Both the position numbers and the translations under genes were made by a program. From Amoebidium appalachense (lineage: Eukaryota; Protista; Ichthyosporea), in the NCBI GenBank assembly GCA_963693365.1, contig CAVNZM010000009.1, positions 9,343,408 through 9,407,407 on the forward strand: a DNA stretch of 64,000 bases, in the 5' to 3' direction. The notes below the pieces were generated by a model. It saw only the letters and a list, made by a program, of their open reading frames with translations, was not told the DNA's origin and ran no database searches. Within the stretch, counting starts at the first letter, position 1, and every line of letters starts with the position of its first letter. Below are positions 1 to 30,862 of this stretch, in pieces.

Positions 1-257
1 CCTGTAACCCAGACGATGGAGTTGAAAGAACCCCAACACATCTTTGCACTCCTTAGGGATTATTTGCCAACCCGTATGATGAAGTTTTTAATGCCTAATA
101 TAAATGAATCAAATAATGTCATAATATCATAGGTACTAACGCGGAAAACACAATCTGCATTCCCGAGACTCCTATCCAACAACTTACATGTGGAAATTTC
201 AAGTGCAATACATCCCCCATAAGCCAATATCCACCCATCCACTCTATCATGTTTCAC

Positions 258-451
258 ACATATCTCATGCCATATACACTATGGAATTCACAGACAAATA
301 TCTCACGCCATATACATCATAAAATTTCACAAGCATTAATCTCATGCATGTCATACACTATTTAATTTCACACACGGATATCTCACGCTATATACACTAT
401 GAAATTCAGCAAACATATATCACACAACAATATCTCACGCCATATATCCAG
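258..451. repeat. Degenerate ~40-bp tandem repeat in the intron, ending at the acceptor AG
   Basis: Recurring unit ATATCTCAYGCYATATACAC...AATTCA, about 4-5 diverged copies. Confidence 0.6.
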
Positions 452-20434
<19,983 letters not shown>

Positions 20435-20993
20435 GCCCAAGCACACCTGAAGGATTATGTATGTAGACGGTCTCGGGCGGTATGTTGGCTAAAAAATAGT
20501 ATATCTAGTTCCGAGCAGGCAAATTAATGTGTATTTTGGGTGAAGCTGGAATGATAACTTTTTCTGTTACCGTGAGCCCCGAAAGACCATTTGAGTGTTA
20601 TTCAAAACTTTTAAGAAGCATATATTGTCTGGAGCTGTAGCCTCATCGGGCAGGACCGAGCCAGGTGATTTTTGGCAACCTTGAGGATTATAGACACTTA
20701 ATCTTGTCTGCAATAGGAATTTTCACTGTATTTCAGTGTGACGTCGTGACGCTGTTGGCCATATGTACTGTATATTTTTGGATATATGAACGTTCAATTT
20801 TTTTGAACTTGTGGTATGGGTGGTATGTGCGGCAGGCGCCATTCCTAGATCTATTGACAACTACATCATTTTGAAGCCTGCTTCTAGCATAAACTACAAC
20901 AGCAACGAGAAAAATTTTAACAGCTAGTGATTACAAGACTTTGATATTCGATATGATCGTCTATTCGCCTAATAATTTGGATTTCGAGGTATT

Positions 20994-21043
<50 letters not shown>

Positions 21044-21799
21044 TTGGGGCTAACAAGTACTGCAGCATGAAAATACAGTGCCTGGTGTGCCCGGCACTGT
21101 CTGTTTACTTACTGATACACTCCAGACGGCATGTATCGGCGGCACGATGGTGTGTGCCGATCACTGTGCAAACTCTAATACGTGGACGGATCCGGAGGTG
21201 GATCGATAACTGGCCGCACGCGGGGAGAGTGGATTTTTTTTTTCGGGAAGACGGGGAGCGAGGGGGGGGGGGGGGGGGGGGGGGGGGTTACCTAGCATCG
21301 TCATCGTCAAATATCCCACCACCCACACCCACCTATCATAGGTAGCGTTGGGTCGGCCTGTTTAGGGCACCGTTAAGCTAAAGATTGCGCGTACATGTGC
21401 GTATACTAAAAAAAAAGCGGCCACGTGCACATGCTTGGCATGGTGCGTGTGCATAAATGGATAGAAAATCGCGTGTTTGTGTGTTGTGTGTGACTGTGTG
21501 TGTCAATCTCAGCTACAATTGGTTTTGTGTACATGTCGCGTTCACTGCGGTGCACGTGTTCAACTTGTCATATGCTTGTGTTATGATACCTCGGACGCCT
21601 TGTGTGCACGTTGAAAACTTGGCGTGCTGCACTTTTAAATTTTTGCACAACACAAACTCGCAATTGTGGTATTGCACAAAAAGATATATAACACGATTTT
21701 TGGGCGCCGCCAAACACGCCCTACATAAACGGCCCTGCGAATACATATGTTGCAAGGTGACGTCAAGTTGGCAAGACTCTTTCGGAATGCTCTTGGATA

Positions 21800-21842
<43 letters not shown>

Positions 21843-21897
21843 TGCAATTGCAACCTGTATGTCATGATCATATTAACAATATATATAATGCGTTGTT

Positions 21898-22605
21898 TGC
21901 CGGACCTCAAATCCGGAATTTGGAGGGGTCCAAAGGCCATTTTGTGAGGCATCAAAAACCATCGAAACGTTGCTTAGTTGTTTTTATGACATCAAAATCG
22001 CTAAATATTCTTGCGATACTAATGAAAAAGCCTAAAATAACTATATATTTGATAATGAGAAAATTGAAATATAGTGCCCTAAAGTTGGGCCCGAGAGGAT
22101 GTACGTACTCGGGGCTTTGAAGTAAAAAGAAAAAAACCAGCGGTTTCGGAGTCTACTGTGAACGCGCTGGGCTGAATGACGGCAGAGATCAGGTGATTCC
22201 CGTATCAAAACGGTTTTCGTTTCTAACCCAGAATGGAACGCACCTTTTTAGTGCCGGACCTCAAATCCGGAATTTGGAGGGGACCTAAGGCCATTTTGTG
22301 AGGCATCAAAAACCATCGAAACGTTGCTTAGTTGTTTTTATGACATCAAAATCGCTAAATATTCTTGCGATACTAATGAAAAAGCCTAAAATAACTATAT
22401 ATTTGATAATGAGAAAATTGAAATATAGTGCCGTAAAGTTGGGCCCGAGAGGATGTACGTACTCGGGGCTTTGAAATAAAAAGAAAAAAACCAGCGGTTT
22501 CGGATTCACTGTGAACGCGCTGGGCTGAATGACGGCAGAGATCAGGTGATTCCCGTATCAAAACGGTCTGGGTTTCTAACCCAGAATGGAACGCACTCTT
22601 TTTAG
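21898..22605. repeat. 354-bp tandem duplication (2 copies, few differences)
   Basis: tgccggacctcaaatccggaatttggagg...gaatggaacgcac..ttttag at 21898-22251 and 22252-22605. Confidence 0.95.
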
Positions 22606-22693
22606 AGAAATTCGGCGACATTTGTTTTACAACGTATTATATCATTGGTACAACGACATTTTGAAAATTTTAATGTAATAGAACTACCAATCC

Positions 22694-23422
22694 CCGCACG
22701 AGCACACATGTCCCACCCACAGTGGTGTCGAGAACGAAAATGTTCTTGCCCTGGATGTAGGTAAGCTCACCGGACGCCTGGACGATGCCTCCCTCCAGTA
22801 CGTGGTCAAGGGTGCCGTCTTTGTTACGGAGCATCTTGGCAACGGCACGCACCATGCACACGGGTTGACCAATGTAACGATCCTCCTTATTCCCGACCCC
22901 ATAGATGCGCCCCATGCACTTCATATCCACACTTGCCAGCGCTGCATCGGCGTCTGTCAGGTTGATCTTGGGTTTGTAGACTTTCTCAATCCCGAGCACA
23001 ACGGCGCCATACGCACTCCACATGTGGGGTGCAACCATGGTCTTGAATGCGGCCTTATGAGCTGCCGAGACAACTTGGGTGACGATCCCGGCACCCTTGA
23101 TCACATGGGTGGCTCCAGGGCGGTTACGGTCGACAAATGTTTCCACATTGGCAGACAAACGGCCCTGCACATGGACGACGCTACCAGCACTGTTTTTGGC
23201 CATCTCCAAGTACTTGGGGTCCTTCTCGTTGTTGAACACCATGACGACGATCTGCATGTTGGGTTCGGCGTTGTTCGTGGCATTCAGGCACATGGTGGTG
23301 TTCCTGCCCTTGACCATAGCAGCGGTGTGCCTCTCACCGGGCTTAAGGTTGGTGGGAAGCATCACAACCGAGAGGACATCCATAAGGAAGGATGCATGCA
23401 TCATGTGTGGGTGCAGATTCAT
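22694..23422 (-). CDS. Putative tandem OB-fold, SSB-like protein, 3'-truncated by the inverted repeat
   Basis: Intronless, non-low-complexity ORF with GC-rich third positions. Two SSB-like beta-strand segments: QIVVMVFNN...AGSVVHVQGRLSANVETFVDRN and CMVRAV...EGGIVQASGELTYIQG. The frame runs into the inverted repeat at 22693 and stops at 22670. The fold assignment is pattern-based inference. Confidence 0.6.
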
Positions 23423-23883
23423 TTTCACGACGTGTCACTGTCCGTGAATCAACGAGCTGTGAACGGGGTGTTGAAATGTGGATGTGGTGACAGCAGGAAG
23501 ACGAAGGTCCCCTTTTTATTGAAAATGGACCTAAATTCCACCTCTTTTATGTCCCTCTTTTTGTTTTTTTGATAATCATTTCTAGAAGGTTTTTACCCGA
23601 AGTTGTGTTTGTGCACATCTGTTTGTCAGTACGCATACACCTGTCTAAATGCATGTATCTACGCAGGCCTCTCCGTGTGTGTCTCAAGTAGGTCTGTGCG
23701 CCGGCTGTCGCCGGCGCCAAAACATAACGAAACAGTTATTGATGTTGGGTTGTGTGGTTGTTACCACTCCCCCCTCCCCCCCGCCCTCCCCCCCCCCCCC
23801 TGCCTGCCCCCCCCACCTCACACTTTCCCTCCCCTCCCCTCCCTGGCCCTTTGGCCTCACGCTCCCCCCCCCCCCCCCCGGCA

Positions 23884-23915
<32 letters not shown>

Positions 23916-24082
23916 CCTGCAGTTGCCGGATCTGCCAAATGTTATGACCCTTTTCCCTTTCATTTAACCCCCCCCCTCCCCCCTCCCCCATCCCCCCTCC
24001 CCCCGGCCCCCCCCCCCCCCCTCCTTCTTTCTGGCCCCCCTCCCACGGGGCACCCTGGGCAGTGGCGGCGGTAGCATCCCCT

Positions 24083-24119
<37 letters not shown>

Positions 24120-24508
24120 TGAAATTGCAAAGTGAGGTAATGGGTATGAGCAAATTATGTGGGAAGTGATGGGAGTGGGGCCAGCCCAAATAAGTTAAAT
24201 TCATTTATTTTGCCAGAAGGAGGCAGCCTGTATGGCAACTATGAACAGCTAAGTAGGTAAACCTACCCCTTCCCCCCTTCCGCCCCTTCCGCCTTCCCCT
24301 CCCCCTTAGAAACCCCCCGCCCCCCTCCCCCCAGCTACCCCCCCCCCCCCCCCCCTTTTTTTTAATTATTTTGCCATCCCCCCCCCCCCCCCCCCCCTCC
24401 CCCTCCCCCTGCTGCCCCCTGTGTCTTCATGTCAAGGACCTGAATATTTATGACATGGTGCACGTGGTACCAAAAGCAGTGAATGGTGGTGTGTTGTGAT
24501 TAATGTAA

Positions 24509-24687
24509 TCAGGGGGGGTTGAAGATATTGCGAATGTAGGGAGAAACGACATTGACGGTGTAGGCAATGGCATTTGCAGAAATGTCATTTTCATGTACAC
24601 AGATAAGTGTGTGTCTACGTGTGCGGACACGGCCTAGTGCCACATAGAGTTGACCGTGAGCAAACACAGGAGTACGTAAATACAACA
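24509..24687 (-). pseudogene. PIF1/Helitron helicase C-terminal fragment (motif VI), inverted relative to the rest
   Basis: LLYLRTPVFAHGQLYVALGRVRTRRH...TVNVVSPYIRNIFNPP* matches the Helitron-helicase end consensus 'PVFSHGQLYVALSRV...T.NVV'. Confidence 0.85.
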
Positions 24688-25707
24688 ATGTATCTGCGCC
24701 TCCAATCAAAACTGGTCATTTGCGTCGCTTCCACAGGTATCGCGGCTTTGAACCATGATGGCGGCTGTACAGCACACTCCTTTAAACTTCCCCTCGAATT
24801 TGATGACGTCATCACCGCTTCCCCGTTGTCGCCACACAGCGAGACGGCGGATATCATTCGGGAATCGTCTCTAATCATTTTCGATGAATCCACTATGGCA
24901 AACAACAAAATAATTCAGTGTATTAACCTGACTTTAAAAAACGTATGCAATGGCAGTGCACCTTTTGGGGGTAAGATCATTATATTCGCGGGAGATTTTC
25001 GCCAAACACTGCCAATTTTAAAATTTGGCACAGAGAGTGATATCATCATAAATTCCCTTCTACGTCATCCACTATGGCCCGATTTCCATAAATTCAGACT
25101 AGATACTTCAGTGCGAAATGCTTCAGATCCCGACTATGCTAATGCAGTCCTCAACTTAGGGGAAGACAAACTTCCGAAAACGGCTTTCCCACACGCTACC
25201 GATCCTGAGGCAGTTGTCAACAAAATCCAACTCTCTCCAGAACTCTTTTCTACCACCACTTCGTTGCAGGACGTCATAGACTTTGTCTATCCTGAAGCTG
25301 TACTTACTCAGCCTCAAAACATGTATAGAAGAGCTATTTTGGCACCCACACATGAGATGGTCGATTCAATCAACGCCGCCATTTTGGATAAAATACCTGG
25401 TGAACCAATTACAAAACTAAGCTTTGATACCTGCAATGACAACATTTTCACGGAAGACTTCTTGGCGTCAGTGCACCACCCAGGAATACCTGACCATAAA
25501 TTCGTTTTCAAGGTAGGTGCTGTAGTTATGCTCATGCGAAACCTCTCCATCCACCACCAATTGGTCAATGGCACAAAACTAATCATAAGGGAACTATACA
25601 ATTACTACATTCGTTGCGACCGCATAGTTGATTCCTTAGGATCTGTCGAGTCTGTTCTCATACCTAGATTTACCTTCCAATTTCAACCAACCCGAGGTGT
25701 AACAGTT
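24688..25707 (+). pseudogene. PIF1/Helitron helicase central fragment (motif Ia to the 2B domain); lacks Walker A and motifs V-VI
   Basis: VASTGIAA, TAHS.FKLP, LIIFDESTM (Walker B), PFGGKIIIFAGDFRQTLP, RAILAPT, GIPDHKFVFKVGAVVMLMRNL...LVNGTKL, IPRF. The frame breaks just before the expected RRQFP...KSQGQ. Confidence 0.92.
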
Positions 25708-26029
25708 GGCTGCTATTCTATCCTATGATGATGTGAACGAGGAAAACGGGGAAAAGGAAGACATGAACGAGGACGAGCCCGTTGCCACCCCTACCAAGAA
25801 ACGTAAGATGGGGGCAAAGCTTTTCCTGTCGACCGACGACGACGACGTCCCTCTGAAGGATATTGCAGCCATCAAGAAAACCAAGGACAACGACAATTTG
25901 ATGGGCCGCGTCAATTCCGATGTTGACGAGCCCGAGGATTCCAATTCGGAGGGAGAAGACGGTGACGATGACATCGAGGAAGATTACGGCTTGCTCGATG
26001 GTGCAGCCATTTTCAACGTTGAGGATTAA
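25708..26029 (+). pseudogene. Acidic, NLS-like C-terminal ORF fragment, probably the tail of the SSB-like protein
   Basis: AAILSYDDVNEE...PTKKRK...DDDIEEDYGLLDGAAIFNVED*. It has no start of its own, is fused out of frame to the helicase piece, and has GC-rich third positions like the 22694-23422 ORF. Confidence 0.5.
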
Positions 26030-26555
26030 CTTCCAGTGCTGCAGTGCCCATAGCCCATTTCCACTATGTATTGTTTGTAATAATATATTTTGATTTATTT
26101 GACGTTATCTAATACTATTGGGGATAGAACAAACAAACCAAAACAATGATGTTCTGTTTAGTTGTGGGGTGGGAATTAATTGCATGGAATTTGTGTATGA
26201 GAACAGACTCGACAGATCCTAAGGAATCAACTATGTGTGCATGTTTGTGTGTGTGTGAATGTGTGTGTGTGGGCCAAGTGAAGGTTGTATGCGCTTTTTT
26301 CTTCTTAGTTGTTTTTGTATTCTATTCGATTATTACTTTGTGTGTAAATGTGGAAAAAAAACAAATAAAAAAACAACGACCACCGCCCAGCGTGAATCAC
26401 CCTAGCTCTAGTGTAAAACAATAATCATTATCAGTCACAAACCCTTCTACTACACTCGCCCCAAATGTCATATTCACATTACTGAGTTGATTTAGTTGTG
26501 TTTTTTACTCTATTTTTTTCAACAACTGTCTGCTATTAAACAGTAAAATGTACAT

Positions 26556-26586
<31 letters not shown>

Positions 26587-26595
26587 CCACAGGCC

Positions 26596-26636
<41 letters not shown>

Positions 26637-28153
26637 ATATAGAATTTACCGTCCTCATCCCCGTGTCCCCCTAAACCGGTGTTAGCGGACCTTTGAGGTT
26701 TTTGTGATTGGATTGGTAGTTCTATTACATTAAAATTTTCAAAATGTCGTTGTACCAATGATATAATACGTTGTAAAACAAATGTCGCCGAATTTCTCTA
26801 ACACACCCACACACTCGCTCCGAGCAATGCACGCACGCACACACGCGCACCCACACGCACACCACAAATTTTGGGACTTCTGGAGTGTGCGTGTGTTGAA
26901 AACTTGTGTGTACACGTGTGTGTGTGTGTGTGCGTGTGGCTGTGTGGAGGTGGGTGGGTGGGGGGAAGGAGGGGCGGGGGGGGGGGGGGGGGGGGGGGGG
27001 GGGGATTTTGGAAGCAGCTAAGGTCTCGTCCCGAGTTTCTTGCAGATGTGCAGCTGTGTTTTTTGCTTGCTTGCTGCAGCTGGCACATGAAAAAACTAAA
27101 ATGTGGTTGCAGAATAACTCTGCGTTTTGCACACCGGCTAACACAGCTCCTACCAAATTTGGGCCATTCTATATCTGCTACCACTTCATAGCATCATTCA
27201 TTTTCAGTTCAAAGCAGAAATAATCCTGTTTTGCTGAATTATTCGGCTATTTTTGCTTTTTCCAGAATTGAAATCTTGAAATTCTGCAGAACGTGACTGT
27301 AAAAATTCACCTCGAGCCGTGCAAGAGCAGCAAATTGTGATTGGGGCCCACCCCTACATGGGGGAAGCTTGGAGGGGAAGGAGGAGGGGGGAGGGGGGAG
27401 GGGGGAGGGGGGGGGGGGGGGGATGGGCGGGGGAAGGCCCGGAGAGAGGGGGGCGAGGGAGGGGAGAAAAGGGTATATATATATATGCGGTAAATAATTA
27501 GAATCATCGAGGGGGAGGGGGGGGGGAAGGGGGGGGGGGGGGGGGAGGGGGCTGACAGGGTTTACAGCCGGGGTGGTACCGTGACTGGTCAGGATAACCG
27601 TTAAGAATCTGGCATTTGAATTTCTTGGGAAAATTAAGATCCTTTCCTGGAGATATAGTCTGCCGAGGCTGGGAGAAGTTCGAATGGTAACACGGCAGGG
27701 GAGGAGGGGAGGGGGGAGGGGGGATTGAAGGGGTTCATTTAATTTCACACATGATGTCAATTAATTTTGCAGATACCAATTCTTTTTTGGCTCCTACAAA
27801 AATAGAGCCAAGGAGTGAGCTTGATCTCCCATAAGTATAAGACGAAAAGAAATTTCTGCAGTGTGTGTGTGGTTGCGGCAAGTCAAACTGCAGCTGAGAG
27901 AGTGTGCGCGGGGTTATGTATAGTGGTAGTAGAGTCTCTGCCCTCGATTTACCTGCTACCTTACTGGCTTTTAACATAAATAGTGAACCACCTCTGGAAG
28001 GGGGGTAGGAGGGGGGGTAGGAGGGGGAAAGGGTCCGCAGGTGGGGGGGGAGACCGGACTGCCGGAGGACAGTGGCGGGTGGGGGGCCGGGGGGGGAGGG
28101 GGGGGGGGGGGGGGAGGGGGGGGGTGGGGGGGGGGGGGGGTGGCACACTTTGC

Positions 28154-28461
28154 GGAGGGGCGTCTAAGGAGGGGTGAATTTGACCCCTCCGCAAAGTCAC
28201 CCCCTCTCCGCGCCGAAAAAACGACATTGCGGAGGGGTTTTATGACTTCGCGGGGGGGTGCGGAGAGGTTTTTATAGCTTTGCGGAGGGGTTGCGGAGGG
28301 GACACCTCTCCGCCCACCCCTCCGCAAAGCTATAAAAACTCCTCAGCACACCCATCTGCGTGTGCCAAAAAAGACCTTGCAGAGGGGTGAGCAGAGGGGC
28401 GGCCGCGGGACGAAAATGTGGCACTTCGAAGGGGCAACTTTTGAGGTGGAGAGGGGTGCCT

Positions 28462-28508
<47 letters not shown>

Positions 28509-29550
28509 TTGTGTAGTCTACTGTGCAGCCGGCGCCGGTCGGTGGCCGTGCGGCGTGCCACGTGCACACGTGGTCCGCCGAACTAGATCTACATAGATCT
28601 CCGGAAGTATGCAGCCAAATATTGAAGTATTTGGTGTTATTTTTCTTTTTCAAGGAGCGTCTTCGCGTTCAATGTTCAATTGGTTTATAAAGTTCCTTGA
28701 TAGATGTGTGTCACGCCGACCGGCATTAGAAAGCGAAACACAGCCTACAATACATGATGAATCACGTGGCCGCACATGTGCCGGTATGTAATTCCATACC
28801 GGCATCAATCTGGCGTGACATGTATTCAATAGGAATTGAATTGAGAACTTGTCTGATTGGTTACAGCTCTAAATCTCAAATCGCGCCAATCATAATACCC
28901 TAAAATATAAAATAAACATATGTACCTTAGGCTGCGACAAGATATTTCGTAGGCGCACGGGCGCGCAACGCGCACCTGCTTTGCTTCGAAGTATCTTAGT
29001 TATTCATTCAAATATAATAAATAACCTTCTAACTAATAGCTTCAGGACCTCTAATTTTTCAGGCACTTATACTCCTGCACATTATAAAAATATTTACCTT
29101 TTTGCGTAAAGGAACAATGCCTATACTTCACTTCATGCGCGAACTGGCCGGCCGCGGGCACGGGCCGGGGCCCCGGGGGGGTGGGTGGGTGGGTGGGGGG
29201 GGGGGGGGGGGGGGCACCCCTCTGCAGTAGACTTTTGATATATTTTTGAACCCCTCCGCAGAGTCGTTTTTTTTGGCACCCTTCCTTGAAACCCCCCTGC
29301 TTCGTGAATTCTGACACTCGCGGAGGGGTGGATGGGGGTATGTGTGCGGAGGAGTTAACTTCTGGGATGCAGAGGGGTCCACCGGCCTCCGCAAAGTAAG
29401 AAAACCCCTCCGCAACCTAATTTTTACCACTCCGCAAAGCCGCCAAACCCCTCCGCAAGTTCATGAAAACCCCTCCGCACCCCTCCGCAAGTGCGCGGAG
29501 GGGTGACTTTGCGGAGGGGTAAAAAATGACTCCTCCGCAGACGCCCCTCC
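28154..29550. mobile_element. Non-autonomous TIR DNA transposon (~1.4 kb) with many subterminal CCCCTCCGCA motifs
   Basis: GGAGGGGCGTCT (28154) and AGACGCCCCTCC (29539-29550) are inverted ends, extended by imperfect ACCCCTCCGCAAAGTCACCCC repeats. More than a dozen CCCCTCCGCA/TGCGGAGGGG copies cluster at both ends. No target duplication was seen. Confidence 0.7.
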
Positions 29551-29578
29551 CGGCAATGCATATGCTGTCGTCCCGCCA

Positions 29579-29645
<67 letters not shown>

Positions 29646-29969
29646 GGGGGGGGATGGGAATATCAGTAGCTCATATGATCATGGTTCCAAGCCCAGCAGG
29701 GTGGGAGATGGTGGTGGGGAGCGAGCGAGAGAGAGTGTGTGCCACGGTGTGCGAAGACTATAGATTAACACGGGGACAGGACAGCATAGAAAAGTTGCAG
29801 GGGGCCTGCAAACTGCAGGGGATCGACCATGACGTCATCACTAGTCTTCTGATGGGTATAGCACTTTAGACTATTTGGTTATCGTTGTACGGTGCACGTG
29901 GGTTCGATTCTCAGTCGGCGCGGCTTTTGCAAAGCTAGTGTGTGTGTGTACCCCAGGTAGGCCCTTACC

Positions 29970-30793
29970 ATGGGGAAGAAGAAAAAGCAGAAGCAGGCCC
30001 AGCCTGCTAACCCTTTCACGGCGGCTGTCAAGCGTGTATGGCGTGAGGATGACGAGTCTAGCGCGAGCGAAAGTTCGAACAGACCCCCCCAGGCAGGGGG
30101 CATGTTGGTGAGCCGTGTGCATGGACTTACACCGGTCGGTGGGAGTAATGCGGCGGGGGGCACTGCTGCGGAGTTCAACTGGGGCAATAGTGACCCATGT
30201 GATTTGGGGTTTACGCCGGAGGATTTGGAGGCATGTTTGAGGGTTATCAATGCACTGGGGCAGAACGTGAAGGTGTGTACGTGTGCTCAATGCCTCCCCC
30301 CCTCGCCCCCCCCCCCCCCCCCCCCTCCCCCCTCCCCCCTGCCCGGCCCTCCCCGGCCCTCCCCGCCCGCCCGCAACCCCTCCCCTTTCTTTTTCTTTCT
30401 TTACCTCCCAGACCGCCCCCTCCCTCTCCCCCCCCTTCCTCACTCCTCCCCTTGCCTACCTCACCACTTCTGCCATGCCTTCCCTGATTCCATGTTCTGC
30501 TGCATAACAGGCACGAATAGAAACTTGATTTAAAAGGGCGATGGGGGCGTATACGCAAGCACAAGAACGTGTTTGCACTTCCGACAGCAAGGTCAAAGGA
30601 GGAGTTGGCAACAGACACTGAAGCCCACACATAATTAAGTTTGTTTACAACAGACAAACACAAATGCAAAACTGCCTGAACGTGTGCACACACACTTACC
30701 AGTAGTTATGCACACACACACGTAGTGGCCTTTATTACCACAACACACGTGAGCGTGCACATATGTGTGCGTTCAGGCACAAACACACAGAAG

Positions 30794-30862
<69 letters not shown>

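Larger units (their letters stand above)
22602..26801. mobile_element. Rearranged Helitron-like remnant bounded by a perfect 92-bp inverted repeat (22602-22693 / 26710-26801)
   Basis: The inverted repeat was checked base by base. The interior has PIF1/Helitron helicase pieces on both strands, an OB-fold-like ORF and an acidic ORF fragment. No Rep/HUH motifs and no transposase were seen. Confidence 0.7.

Noticed and set aside
1-257. Possible additional UBR exon(s) at the window start
   Set aside because: No recognisable motif or confident splice boundaries could be assigned.
22802-23572. 256-aa plus-strand ORF
   Set aside because: It is the antisense shadow of the GC3-rich minus-strand ORF. 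Its His/Gly/Val-rich composition is typical of shadow frames.
24607-25728. 373-aa ORF as an intact cellular PIF1 gene
   Set aside because: It has no Walker A or motifs V-VI in frame. Its first ~27 codons are the antisense of the helicase C-terminal piece, and its motifs are Helitron-type.
28558-28586. Hairpin CCACGTG-CA-CACGTGG followed by CTAG as a Helitron 3' end
   Set aside because: CTAG is followed by A rather than the target T, and the motif lies inside a separate TIR element.
29578-29653. Very long poly-G/C runs as G-quadruplex or i-motif elements
   Set aside because: They are ubiquitous in the window, and their purity and length may be inflated by base-calling. They cannot be evaluated without accurate reads.
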